DNA of 64,000 nt from Patescibacteria group bacterium (GTDB lineage: Bacteria > Patescibacteriota > Patescibacteriia > UBA1558 > GWA2-36-10): NCBI GenBank assembly GCA_041665505.1, contig JBAYIR010000003.1, positions 45,363 through 109,362 on the forward strand. The letters are read 5' to 3'. Below, one piece after another: positions 11,100-22,700 of the stretch. Below the pieces are notes generated by a model. That model saw only the letters and a list, made by a program, of their open reading frames with translations. It searched no databases and had not been told where the DNA came from. The translations under genes were made by a program, and so were the position numbers. Each line of letters opens with the position of its first letter. The stretch's first letter is position 1.

Positions 11100-14000
11100 A
11101 TGAATAATTACAAAAAAATTATTTTAACCCTTTTTCTGGCCGGTTTTACTTTAATGGGAGTAGTCACCCCGCGGCCAGCTGATGCCCAATTTGCCGATGT
11201 TATTGGAGGACCAACCACCATCATCAAATATGTCTGGGAGAAAGTAGAAAAGGCTTATGATTTTGTCCAAGGTATAGTGGGAGCAGAACTTTCCAATAGG
11301 ACAGTGGGTATGTTTTTGGATTCCTTGGCTTATGATGTCGCCACTGAATTGGCTACTGGTGGACCAGGAGGTAAACCCCAATTTAGGACAATCTCTATAG
11401 AAAAAACTTTAGATAATGCTAGCCAAAAAGCCCTAGGAACATTTTTGGGAGAGTTGACCTCCAAGGGTTTTGATGAGTTGGGTCTTAATCTTTGTGATCC
11501 TTCTCTAGAATTAAAGTTAACTTTGACTTTAGGATTATTAGATGAAGATTCTCCTTCACCAAATACGCAACGAGGTTGCGAGTGGAGTAGTTTGCAAAAA
11601 AATTGGGCAGATTTTGGTGATAATGTCCAAGCTGATATTATAAAATTTCAATTAAATCCTGTGCAAAGTGGTGTAACTAGTACCTCACAGTATGCTAAGG
11701 GCATGTATTCTAGTATCTCTAATTTTTTCCGTGGTGTAGCTTCTCAGAAGGGCTCAGATTTAGGTATCGCTTTTGAATTGGATGCAGAATTAAATCAAAG
11801 AAAATTAGAAGCCGAAAAAGCTTTGGAATTATCTATTGAAGAGTGCCAAGGTTTTATTGACAAAAAAACAGCTGTGACTCAAGAGGTCATTACTCATTGT
11901 TCAGTTACTCATAGCATGGCAGAAAATTTGTTTGTCAATGCTACAGAAATAGAAGCAGCTAAACAGCTAGCTAGAAAAGAAGCTGCTTCCAATAAAAAAT
12001 TATCTGATATTTTGAAAGATGCTGGTAATAGATTCCTTAATACCTTTACTTCTAAGTTGATGAAAAACTGGATTAAAAAAGGTATGTGGTCTTTATTTGG
12101 TAATACAGAAAATGACATTTATCAGGATTATAGAAATACTTTGATTGATAGGCTAAGAGGTGGATCAGATGTCAGACAGCCTAGGGGAGCAGATATTTTC
12201 AAAGATATTAAAACAGTCAATATTGAGACATTGGAGTCTTTTGATTATTTAAATGACTTTACTATTTGTCCAAATGAATTTAGAAAACCAGACAATTGTG
12301 TCATGAGTCCAGCTTTTTTGACGGCTATAAATAATAAGATGAGCATCAAACAAGCCATTGAACAAGGCATCATTGATGGTCGAATATCTTTTGTTAGCCC
12401 CAATGATGCTATCAATCACACAGTTGATAAATGTTATCGAGATGGGCTTTGTTATTCTAATCTACTCAAATTAAGAAAGGCCAATATGATTCCAGTTGGT
12501 TGGGAGTTGGCTGCTTTGCGGGCTCCAGTATCATTACAGCAAGCGATTGATTGTTTTGAAGAAAATTCCAAGTGTGGTTTTGATCGTTTACCAGAATATG
12601 CAGTGGATGGTAACCCCCACAATCCATTTTATCATTTAGTAGATCCAAATTGGGTCTTAAAAGCACCTGATGTTCGTTGTGACGCTTATTCTTTTTCGGC
12701 TGTTTTGGAATCTCCGGAAAGTAGTAGTCGTCAACAATATTGTGCTGACCCAAAAATATGTTTGCGTGAAGATGCAGATGGTAATTGTTTAGATGACCAA
12801 TTTAATTATTGTACGCGTACTGAAAATAGCTGGAATTTTCAAGGTGATGCTTGCGGTGCGGGTGGAGTTTATGCTGGTTGTTTGACTTTTGCCAATGCGG
12901 ATTTTGGTAATAATTCTTATATTGAAGATAGTCTTGAATATTGTAATTCCAATCAAGCTGGTTGTCGTCGTTATTCTCAAGAAAAAGATGCTAATGGCAA
13001 TTGGGTTTTAGAGTCTATTAGTTCTGATCCTAATGATTTGTTTTTAAATAATCAAGCCACAGAGTGTATTGAAGAAAATGCTGGCTGTAGCGAATATATT
13101 GCTATGGCGGCTGATACAGGGACCAATTTAGTATCAAACGGTAGTTTTGATAATTTGGACGCTGATGTCAGCGCGGCTTTTCCTGATGGTCGGCCAGATG
13201 GTTGGATAAATGATATAACAACATTTGAGGGTGATGGTTATGATTATGATGGTGATTGGCTAGCCAATGGCTATCCTTGGGGTGGAGGAGCTGTTGGTAC
13301 AGAAGGGATTTATCAATTAGTACCTTTGGTGCCAAACACTAGTTATAGAATTACAGCTTCCGCTGCTCGTTATAATCCAGCTGTAGCTTCAGTCGGTAGA
13401 ATATCAATATTATTGTGTGACATTACAGGGGATTGTGGTAATAGTAGTGAATCTAAACCTTTGGCTTTAACTGGTCCAGGGTATTGTACTATACCAAATC
13501 CAGGTGATAACAATCCTAACCTGAATATTAATCCAACAGATGGAGAGATGCTTAAAGCGAGCTGTACATTTACTACTAATGGGGCAGCGATTGGAGAAGC
13601 TCGTTTACATGTGGTCTCTGACGGTACACATATCAGTTGGTTTGATGATATAAAAGTAGAAATGATAAGTGATGCTAGCCAGCATATAGATGGGCAGTAT
13701 TCTGATTATGGTGATGGTAGTCGTATTTATATGGACAATGCGGCAGTAATGTGTTCAGCTGATGAAGTAGGCTGTCAGGGTTATTTACCAGTAAGTGGCG
13801 ATCCGATGATCCCAGCGGTTATTAGTCAAGGTGATTTGTGTCCAGCTGAATGTCTAGGTTATGACACCTTTACTGAACAGCCAAATACATTTGATGTGAT
13901 AGAACATCCTACTCATAATCCTTTGGTTGAATATTATAATTTTATACCTGATACTACACAGCAGTGCCCTGACCAAGAAGTGGGTTGTGAAGAGTTTACT

Positions 14001-17000
14001 AATCTTGATGTGGTAGCTGAAGGTGGGGAAGGCAGAGAATATTTTACTTATCTAAGACAGTGTGTGGAGGAGAGCTTGGGAGAAATTTATTATACTTGGG
14101 AAGGTACAGAAGTGTCTGGTTATCAAATAAAGACTTGGTATGCTTTACCAAGTAGCATTAGCGATGCTCCTTGTACCAACATGGCTCCCGAAGGTAGTGC
14201 TTGTCAGGATACCGCTGCCAATGTAGCATCTTGTGGTCCGGACACAGCTGATATATCAGATGATCCAGAAAACAATCCAAATTGTCGAATGTTTTTTGAT
14301 GTCAATGACGCGGTGCATTATAGATTACAAGACAGAATTATTTTTGCTACTAGTAATTGTCATGATTATCGTCGAGCATTAACCAATCAAGTTTATAAAG
14401 CAGTGCCAGACGAGAGTATTCATTGTGCGGCCGCCAATAATGGTTGTCGGTCTTATTATGGTAATGATGCCAATAATATCCGTCTAGCCACCTCAGACAA
14501 TTTTGAGCAAGGTACTTATGAACCTTGGTTTGGTGTCGGTGGGGGCAGTCTAGTTGATTTGTCTAATATATCTTTGAATAATAATGGTCATTCTCTGAAA
14601 GCAGAAACAGGTGATGTTTTTGCTCGTGATATGAGAGAAGCATCTATACAAGATAATAAAGAGTATGTATTTTCTTGGTGGATGAAAAGTGATGCCTTGA
14701 TAGAAAATCTTTATATGCACATGCAAGGCAACGATAGCGGAGGAGGAGTTTATAATCAAGAATTTATAAATCCAGCCACCGATAGTAATTTTCAAAATAT
14801 TGAAGCCGGACGTTGGCATTATTATGTGACTTCAGTTTATATAGATAATTTGGATGCTTTGGATATGGATTTGATACAAGAACTTGAACTTCAAATCAGG
14901 ACAGAAAGTCCTTTAGCTAATTTGGGCTTGTATATAGATAATTTTATAATCAAAGAAGTAGCTAATAATTTCTCGGTAGTGAGAAATTCTTGGGAGACTC
15001 CAAGATCTTGTGATGATCCTTATAATGGCTATCATTTGGGTTGTCAGGCCTATACAGATCTTAATGGACGAAACTTTAATTTAAAATCATTTGATCATTT
15101 GTGTCGAGAAGAGGCTATTGGTTGTATGCCGGTTATTGGTACAAATAATTCTACTTATCCTTTTACAGAAACTTTCCATAGTGGTGATTATTCACAAATT
15201 ACTGTCGCTACCGATAATATGGCTTACTTGGTGCCAAATCCAAATAACTACTGCCCGCAAGAGTTCAAGGGCTGTACTGAACTTGGTACACCAGATAGAT
15301 TGGATGAGACAAAATTCTCAACAATTTATAAGATAAATGATCCAGATAAATATGCTTCTATATTATGTAGTGCAGAGGGTTTAAATTGTGCAGAGTATGA
15401 TACAGCCAAAGGCATGCTTTATTTTAAAGATCCAGGAGCCAATACCTGTACTTACCAACAAAATACTCTAATTGATAATAGTTTATTATCTGGGTGGTTT
15501 AAAACTAGTAGTTTAGGAGAAGTTGTGCCACTAGGTTGTGCTGATACCGACAATAATACCGATACCAATGGTGATGGTTTCTATGATGTGGAAGAATTGA
15601 TATTACCTAAAGATTATTGTAGCGTTTCAGCTAGCAATCCGACTCAATTACCTTTTTTCACTAGGGACGATTGTGAAAATAATAGTGGTTATTGGAATAA
15701 TTATTTAGCGGCTGCCCAGTGTCCAACTAATGAAAATCTATGTACTTCCTTTAGAGATCCAGCTGATCCCATAAATTGTGATGTTAAAGGTAAAAATTTA
15801 GACGTTGGCGATACTTGTAGCTCTAATTTGTATGATGATAGTGCATCTTGTACGGCAGCTGGTTTTGTCTGGACTATGGAAAGCCGAGATGGTTATTGCT
15901 ATGACGATGACTATAATGATAACGATAGCTATAATAATGAGAGAGACTGTCTAGCCGCTGGCCGTGTTTGGACACCATATTGTCGAGATTACTATTATTA
16001 TGATAATGAAGCTATAGATGAGAGCTCTTGTAATGGTTTAGCAGACAGAAATAATGGTTGTGTATTATTTTTTGATGCTAATAATTGGACAGGCGAACAC
16101 AATCAAGTGCGCACTATATATGATACCAATGAGACTTATGAAGATGTAGAAGTCTCCAATAGACCAGCCAGTCCAGTAGTTTGTGATCCTAGTTTTGACC
16201 CAGCTTGTAAATTGACGGCTAATAAATTAATCAAAGTAGTCAAAGACAGGCAATGTTCAGAATGGCTAGCTTGTAAATCTTCTACTGCTTCTTATGATTC
16301 AAAAACTGATGAGTATAAGATTATTTGTGATGAGTTGGATACTTGTCTAGAATTTCAATATGATCCAGATAGTAATACTACCAAGTGTAAAAAATGGGGT
16401 AGCTATGATGAAGATGTTGAGGCTTTGACTTTTGAGAAATATCAGTCTCGTAATACTGGTCTAAGAGACCATGTTTCCTGGAGTGATAAAGAATATACTG
16501 GATATTCAATACCAAATATGTTGCCAGTTAGTGAATTATCTGTTTATGATTTTGGTCAAGCTACAAACAAAACTACTCGTTTAGTTTACAATGTATCTGA
16601 TAGCGCTGATGCCGAGGGTGTATATTATTCAGGCTGTGTAGATGCAGCTGGAGATGCTATAGATGGGCAAGCTTGCACCGCCGTAATCAACACTGACGGA
16701 GTCTATAATTTTAGAGGTGAATGCCAACAGCGTATTTGTTGGGTCAGTCCAAAAGTCAATGATAATGCCACTACTACCTATGCTATAGAGTCTAGAGCTT
16801 ATGCTATTACTGATGCGCCATTCCCAGCCGCTATTGAATCCAATGGAGTAGATAGATTATCCAAGTACAAGATGGCTAATATTTGTAGTAATAATGCCAC
16901 TAGTCCAAATTCTTGTGAATTATCTTTCAAGCGAGTAACTTTTGGTTTTGGTGGACAAATATTTTATTATCCAGAAGAACTTTCTAGTGGAGAAATACCA

Positions 17001-19769
17001 ACTGGTATTTGTACAGCTGGTGTCACCACTGAGGGAGTAGAAAGAACCACCAAAACTTGTGTAAAAAATTCTGAATGTGATTCTAAAAATGATGATGGCA
17101 GCTCAAGAGGGGACGGTTCTTGTGCTTTGAGGACAGAGGAAATAGTCTTTAGAAATTGGCCAGGTATTTGTTTGGAATATGATTTAGATAATCCAGTGAC
17201 CAAAGATATAGCCAATTCATATTATTGTAATCAATGGTACCCAGCACAAAAAATAAAAGGTACGGCTAGTCTTTTTGATAATTATCGGGATGCTGGCTAT
17301 TATGATGTTTATGGACGGGATGCTTTATTTTGTGCCGTAGCTGAACCTTATGTCACCACTGAAGATAGATTTTATTGTGGTTACTTTACTACTTCTGGTG
17401 AAGCTGGACAGTGTAATGTTTTGATGAAGATACCAGCTGGTTCAAAGATTAATCTAGAAATGGCTTCTCAGTATATTGAATTGTTAGATGAAGGCTCTTG
17501 GTTAGAAGAGGGAGCTGGTTTTTCTATCTGGGCCGCGGCTAACAATAATGTACATAGAGATATTATTTTGCCACCAGGGGGAGGATTTGGAAATAAATTT
17601 AATAGGTTTGAGCATTTTGGTAATGTTTTACCAAACGTTACTGATTTTATGGGTATTATTAATCAGATGTTTGATGCTACCGAAGTTTATGTAATTCCTG
17701 GTAATGTTGCCTCAGGTCGGGTTAATGTGCATCGTTTTTATTATGATGATGATGTTACAGCTGGCGGTTCCACAAGCTACTCTTCATATTTGAATATTTC
17801 TGGAGCTACTACTTATCAGCAATCAGATCAGTGTCAAGATTGTCCAGCTCCAGCTTCTTGTGGTGCAAATGGTCATTTAGTTTATAATACTTGTTGGAAA
17901 AATACTCATTGCGGTTGGCATATGTGGCGTCATACTGGTACTTGGTGTAATCCTTATACTTATAATTATTATGTTGATTTAAATACTAGTGCTAGTGGCC
18001 CCATAGTACCAGAAGTACCAGCACCGGTATATGAAGGTAGTTGTTCGCCAGATTGTAAATTTATCAATAATACTATATTAGATTCCAATCATGGTCGAGG
18101 ATGCTTGCAAGCACCAGCTAATACCTTAGCTTATGAGCCAATGTTAGTAGCTTATGCTAGTTCTACTTTGCCAGGTGATTTTGATTTGGCCGCTTGCTTA
18201 GCTAACGCCACAACAGATCCAGAAGACTGTAATTTTATTAGTTGTGTGCAAAATTTAAATATTGCCAATCAAAATAATAGCCATCTTTGTGCTGATTACG
18301 GCCTTTGTTTGCAAAATACTATGGAAGCAAATGCCCCCTATACTTCTACAACTAGTGCTTGGATGCAGGAAGATATAAATAGATGTTTTTATACTGCTAA
18401 TGGTACTGAATTAGGGCCTTTATCAATGTATGATCCAGCTGAAGAGGAAATTTGTTTAGCACAAAATGAACGTGATTTTACCGACCGTTGGTCAGGCGAA
18501 TTAGATGAGGAGGGTTTAAATGCTTATTGTTCTAAGTGTGTCTATGTCCCTGCCCCAGTGACGCATTCTACTTTAGCTAGCGGAGTTAACTGCGCTTTTG
18601 ATGGTTTAGATTATGATCCTTTAAGATGTTATCAGCAGTGTCGTATAGTCACTCAATTGGATAGTGAAGGACTTTTGTCAGCAGTGCGAACTGATATTTG
18701 GTGGAGAAGTGATAAGACAAATACTAGAGTGCGACCAGCTTTTCCTTGGATCTCTTATTATTGGGCTCCCGGTAGAGGCTATGTGACCAATACACCAGCT
18801 ACTGTTGGTGATGACGAAGTGCTATTTCACAATATTGCTACTTTTCCAGCTCCAGAGGGAGATTATCCAAATAATTTTTCTCATTTTGGAGCCGGTTTAG
18901 ATGTGTTTGATATGGATAGAATAGTGTCTACCAGAGTGCCATATTATAGAGCTAGCCCAGACAATATTACGGCGGCTACTTTCTTTAGTAATTTAGAGGC
19001 ACCGCTGACTTTAGAGCAAGCTTTAGATAGAGCTAAATTGGAAATGCAAGATATATTTTTTAGAGTTTACAATTTGGATTGGGTAGCGGCTAGTAGCTCT
19101 TATGAACATTATGCGGAAGCTGATGTAAATACCAAATTATCTGGTGGCAATCATAGTAATACTTTTGCTGGCCCAGATTATGTGCCACGTATTTTTACTA
19201 CTTGTGGTGATAGACTTTGTGAAACATTGGACGTCGATGGTAATGTCATAGCAGTACAAGAAGGTGTTACAGTCAATGGTGTAACTGGTGGTACTTTGTT
19301 TGGTCAAAATTCTTCTTTATTCACTAGCGCTAAATTTTTCTATCATGCTCATCCAGATCACATGCCAGTTTATAGTATTGATGTAGATTGGGGAGATGGA
19401 GTGGTCAATAATTTTGCACTGAGCCCAGGTAAATATAAGAATTCATTACCAGCTGATTATTGTAATCCAGATTTGGATGTCCCCGGTGATGCCAACCCAG
19501 CTACCGCGGCTAGAGAACCTCAAAAACTTGGTTTTGGTGGGGAAGATGCCACTTGTCAGCCTGGCTATAAGATATTTTATCATGACTATATCTACGATGA
19601 GACTAGAGCCCATGATTGTAATGGTAGTGCTGGTGGTGCGGCTGGTACACCTCCTAAACCAATAATACTAAATGCTTCATGTTATCAACCTCGTGTCAGG
19701 GTGATGGACAATTGGGAATGGTTTAGTATGGAGCCTTTCAATGGTTGGTTGGTTGTTTATGATAGTTAA
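11100..19769 (+). CDS. giant (2889 aa) secreted Cys-rich protein with CBM-like domains
   Basis: Signal peptide ending PADA; very many Cys; NLVSNGSFD...FDDIKV and DNFE...YIDNFII CBM-like segments. Confidence 0.8.
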   Translation: MNNYKKIILTLFLAGFTLMGVVTPRPADAQFADVIGGPTTIIKYVWEKVEKAYDFVQGIVGAELSNRTVGMFLDSLAYDVATELATGGPGGKPQFRTISIEKTLDNASQKALGTFLGELTSKGFDELGLNLCDPSLELKLTLTLGLLDEDSPSPNTQRGCEWSSLQKNWADFGDNVQADIIKFQLNPVQSGVTSTSQYAKGMYSSISNFFRGVASQKGSDLGIAFELDAELNQRKLEAEKALELSIEECQGFIDKKTAVTQEVITHCSVTHSMAENLFVNATEIEAAKQLARKEAASNKKLSDILKDAGNRFLNTFTSKLMKNWIKKGMWSLFGNTENDIYQDYRNTLIDRLRGGSDVRQPRGADIFKDIKTVNIETLESFDYLNDFTICPNEFRKPDNCVMSPAFLTAINNKMSIKQAIEQGIIDGRISFVSPNDAINHTVDKCYRDGLCYSNLLKLRKANMIPVGWELAALRAPVSLQQAIDCFEENSKCGFDRLPEYAVDGNPHNPFYHLVDPNWVLKAPDVRCDAYSFSAVLESPESSSRQQYCADPKICLREDADGNCLDDQFNYCTRTENSWNFQGDACGAGGVYAGCLTFANADFGNNSYIEDSLEYCNSNQAGCRRYSQEKDANGNWVLESISSDPNDLFLNNQATECIEENAGCSEYIAMAADTGTNLVSNGSFDNLDADVSAAFPDGRPDGWINDITTFEGDGYDYDGDWLANGYPWGGGAVGTEGIYQLVPLVPNTSYRITASAARYNPAVASVGRISILLCDITGDCGNSSESKPLALTGPGYCTIPNPGDNNPNLNINPTDGEMLKASCTFTTNGAAIGEARLHVVSDGTHISWFDDIKVEMISDASQHIDGQYSDYGDGSRIYMDNAAVMCSADEVGCQGYLPVSGDPMIPAVISQGDLCPAECLGYDTFTEQPNTFDVIEHPTHNPLVEYYNFIPDTTQQCPDQEVGCEEFTNLDVVAEGGEGREYFTYLRQCVEESLGEIYYTWEGTEVSGYQIKTWYALPSSISDAPCTNMAPEGSACQDTAANVASCGPDTADISDDPENNPNCRMFFDVNDAVHYRLQDRIIFATSNCHDYRRALTNQVYKAVPDESIHCAAANNGCRSYYGNDANNIRLATSDNFEQGTYEPWFGVGGGSLVDLSNISLNNNGHSLKAETGDVFARDMREASIQDNKEYVFSWWMKSDALIENLYMHMQGNDSGGGVYNQEFINPATDSNFQNIEAGRWHYYVTSVYIDNLDALDMDLIQELELQIRTESPLANLGLYIDNFIIKEVANNFSVVRNSWETPRSCDDPYNGYHLGCQAYTDLNGRNFNLKSFDHLCREEAIGCMPVIGTNNSTYPFTETFHSGDYSQITVATDNMAYLVPNPNNYCPQEFKGCTELGTPDRLDETKFSTIYKINDPDKYASILCSAEGLNCAEYDTAKGMLYFKDPGANTCTYQQNTLIDNSLLSGWFKTSSLGEVVPLGCADTDNNTDTNGDGFYDVEELILPKDYCSVSASNPTQLPFFTRDDCENNSGYWNNYLAAAQCPTNENLCTSFRDPADPINCDVKGKNLDVGDTCSSNLYDDSASCTAAGFVWTMESRDGYCYDDDYNDNDSYNNERDCLAAGRVWTPYCRDYYYYDNEAIDESSCNGLADRNNGCVLFFDANNWTGEHNQVRTIYDTNETYEDVEVSNRPASPVVCDPSFDPACKLTANKLIKVVKDRQCSEWLACKSSTASYDSKTDEYKIICDELDTCLEFQYDPDSNTTKCKKWGSYDEDVEALTFEKYQSRNTGLRDHVSWSDKEYTGYSIPNMLPVSELSVYDFGQATNKTTRLVYNVSDSADAEGVYYSGCVDAAGDAIDGQACTAVINTDGVYNFRGECQQRICWVSPKVNDNATTTYAIESRAYAITDAPFPAAIESNGVDRLSKYKMANICSNNATSPNSCELSFKRVTFGFGGQIFYYPEELSSGEIPTGICTAGVTTEGVERTTKTCVKNSECDSKNDDGSSRGDGSCALRTEEIVFRNWPGICLEYDLDNPVTKDIANSYYCNQWYPAQKIKGTASLFDNYRDAGYYDVYGRDALFCAVAEPYVTTEDRFYCGYFTTSGEAGQCNVLMKIPAGSKINLEMASQYIELLDEGSWLEEGAGFSIWAAANNNVHRDIILPPGGGFGNKFNRFEHFGNVLPNVTDFMGIINQMFDATEVYVIPGNVASGRVNVHRFYYDDDVTAGGSTSYSSYLNISGATTYQQSDQCQDCPAPASCGANGHLVYNTCWKNTHCGWHMWRHTGTWCNPYTYNYYVDLNTSASGPIVPEVPAPVYEGSCSPDCKFINNTILDSNHGRGCLQAPANTLAYEPMLVAYASSTLPGDFDLAACLANATTDPEDCNFISCVQNLNIANQNNSHLCADYGLCLQNTMEANAPYTSTTSAWMQEDINRCFYTANGTELGPLSMYDPAEEEICLAQNERDFTDRWSGELDEEGLNAYCSKCVYVPAPVTHSTLASGVNCAFDGLDYDPLRCYQQCRIVTQLDSEGLLSAVRTDIWWRSDKTNTRVRPAFPWISYYWAPGRGYVTNTPATVGDDEVLFHNIATFPAPEGDYPNNFSHFGAGLDVFDMDRIVSTRVPYYRASPDNITAATFFSNLEAPLTLEQALDRAKLEMQDIFFRVYNLDWVAASSSYEHYAEADVNTKLSGGNHSNTFAGPDYVPRIFTTCGDRLCETLDVDGNVIAVQEGVTVNGVTGGTLFGQNSSLFTSAKFFYHAHPDHMPVYSIDVDWGDGVVNNFALSPGKYKNSLPADYCNPDLDVPGDANPATAAREPQKLGFGGEDATCQPGYKIFYHDYIYDETRAHDCNGSAGGAAGTPPKPIILNASCYQPRVRVMDNWEWFSMEPFNGWLVVYDS

Positions 19770-19797
19770 TTTATAGATTAATTTTCAGTAAATATAT

Positions 19798-22700
19798 ATG
19801 AAGTTTAAAAATTATAAACTAGTGAGCAAATGGCCATATTTGGCAACAATTTTTGCTTTAATTGTTGTTGTACCAATGAAAATTTCAGCCATATCTCCCT
19901 TGGTCAAACTCTTGGTTCAACCAATTTGGAATTTCTTTGTCTGGCCACTGACTTGGACCATTCAATTGGAGATGGAGCTTTTGCGTTTGGTAGCTAGGTA
20001 TAATAATTTTACTAACGAAGGAGGAGTAATGCTTGGTTGGATAGCACTTAGAGATTTATCCAATATGTTTTTTATTCTGATATTACTAGTTATTGCTTTT
20101 GCTACCATACTGAGAATTTCCAATTATGGTTACCAACAACTTTTGAAGAAAACTTTTATTATTGCTATTTTGATAAATTTTTCCAAGACCATTGTCGGTT
20201 TTATGATTGATGTGGTTCAAGTAGTGATGTTGACTTTTATCTCAGCTATAGATGAAGTGATGGCTGGGGGAGTAGTAGTAGCTATTGGTTTACATAAATT
20301 AACTCAAATTCAATTACCGGGAGACGGTGTACCGATGGAGGATTATGTTTTAGCTTTGGTTATGGGGGCAGTTTTTTTGGCTATTTTGGTGGTAGTGATG
20401 GGAGTGATGGTGATGATGCTAATGATGAGGATTGTGGCTTTGTGGGTAGCCATTGTTTTGGCTCCCTTGGCTTTTGTGGCTAGCATTTTTCCAGCTACCA
20501 AGTCTTTTTATTCTAGATGGATAAAAGAACTAGGCACCAATTTGGTAACTGGTCCGATGTTGGCGTTTTTTATGTGGCTGACTTTTACTATTGTCGGAAA
20601 TGGTGAGGCCTATCGTACTTTTTTAAATGATAATCCATCCATGCCAGGGCCAACAGAATTTTTGGGTACAGCCAATATGGTCAATTATGTAGTGGCTATT
20701 TCTTTGCTACTAATGGGTATCAAGATGGCTTCGGCTTCTGGAGCAGCAGGAGCTAGTTTTGCCGCCAAAGGCATGGGTATGATCAATAATACGGCTAGTA
20801 AATTGGCTAGGCGTTATCCAATGGCTGTTGGTAAGAGATTAGCTAACTGGGCTGCCGGCGGGGTGGTAGATAAAGATGGCAAGGCTAGGCCTTTATTACA
20901 GATGGGTGCAAATAGAATTATTAATAGTCGTTTGGGTAAAAGAATGAATTTAACTGAACGTGCTACAGATTTTAGTGAACGAGCGGATAGTTTACGGGCT
21001 TCAAATAATATATTGGCTCAGGCAGCTGGTAGAACTATGACTGGAGCAAGGGATTTCCAATGGAATAGAATTCCATTTTATGGTGGCAGAGTTCAACGTG
21101 GAGCTATGAAGGCTCAAGGTAAATATAGTGCTATGGTTGATGAATTTCAAGCTGAAGATGAGAAATTTATTAATCCAAAACAAAGAGAACAATTTGAAGC
21201 ATCTCAAGATAATGTTAAAGGCGGACCAAAATTTTTGTCCAGAGTGCCAATATTAAATCGGTCCAGACGTTTACGAGAGCTAGGTTTGGGTGATGCGGCT
21301 GGCAATGTTACTTCTTTAGGTGGAAATGCTGATAGGCGGGTGATGCAATCTAAAACTAAATTAGATAGAGGTGATATAGCAGATCAGGCAGAGGCAGATT
21401 TTGTTGCTGAAAATTTAGAAAGAGTTAATGATCAGTCAAGACTTGATAAATTGCATAAACAATGGGGTAGTACTTATAGGGATAAGGCAGATGTTGATAA
21501 GGATATAAATCAAGATGGTATTCAATCATTACTACGTGATCAAAAAGCTGATGCAGCTATTGATCCAGAGACTGGCTTGCCATATGAAGGAAGTAGATTA
21601 TTAATAGAAGGAGCTTTTCGTGATACTGACTCCGTAGGTTTGGATATTGGTAAAGCAATTTTATCAAAATTTAAAACAGCTAGAGTAGCCTGGTCAAAAG
21701 CTTTGGCACATGTTGCTCAAACTATGGGACACACCATGGAGCGAACAGAAGAGAATTTAAAAAATTATGGCACAGTGGCTGCTACAGAAATAAACCCAGC
21801 TACTGGCATGAGGGAAATTGGTTTTAATAATAAAAGTGTAGTAGAATTAAATGCTTATCATCCTATGGTTAAAGCTGTAGGATCAACTACTCAAGTTTAT
21901 CCTCAACAGGCAGTCAATCCATATAATGAGGCTATGGACCATCTAGAGCAAGGGGTAATTGATGGTTTTTATAATTTTGATGCCGCGTCTATAAATTATT
22001 TAAAACAAAGGTCTAAAGAGCCTGATAAGGATTTTGAAGTTAGAAAAAAAGCGGCTACAGATTCTTGGGAGCAAAATACAGCTTCTTTTGAGGCTGGGCA
22101 TATTACTGCAGAAGAGATGTATAAACACAGACGTCAAACCCTTGGTGTTTATACACCAGAGGAGATAGAAACTGAAGCTGCACCAATTAGAGCTAGAATG
22201 CAAAATTTAGAGGCCGGTCGAGCTAGTGGTAGTATTAGTGAAGAGCAATATAATGATGATTTAGAAATAGAGAAAAAAGCTTTGAAAGACTTATATGATT
22301 CTCCTATAGCACGTATAGCTGGAAATTCAGATGATATTGAATTAGCTATGCAAATTAGTAGCCGTTTGCCAGATAAACCAATTAGAGGCACAGCTCAATT
22401 AGAAAAGGTTGAAGATGCAGAAATTGAAGAAAAGACTAAGAAAAAGGTATCAGAAATATCCGAAACAGAGATAACTAAGAGAGTGAAAGCTAGCGGACAA
22501 ACATTCACTGATCCTGTAAATGAGAAACAGGCCAGAGCACGAGTCCGTCAGGATATGGAAGAAGAGATAAGAGGAAAAACACGTGATAGTTTGGTTCAAG
22601 AAAAAGGCACTAAGAGAGATGAAGAGCAAAAAAAGATAGATGATAAATATAATAAAGATTTAGCTAATTATAATACTGAAAGAGATGCTCTGAGACGCAC

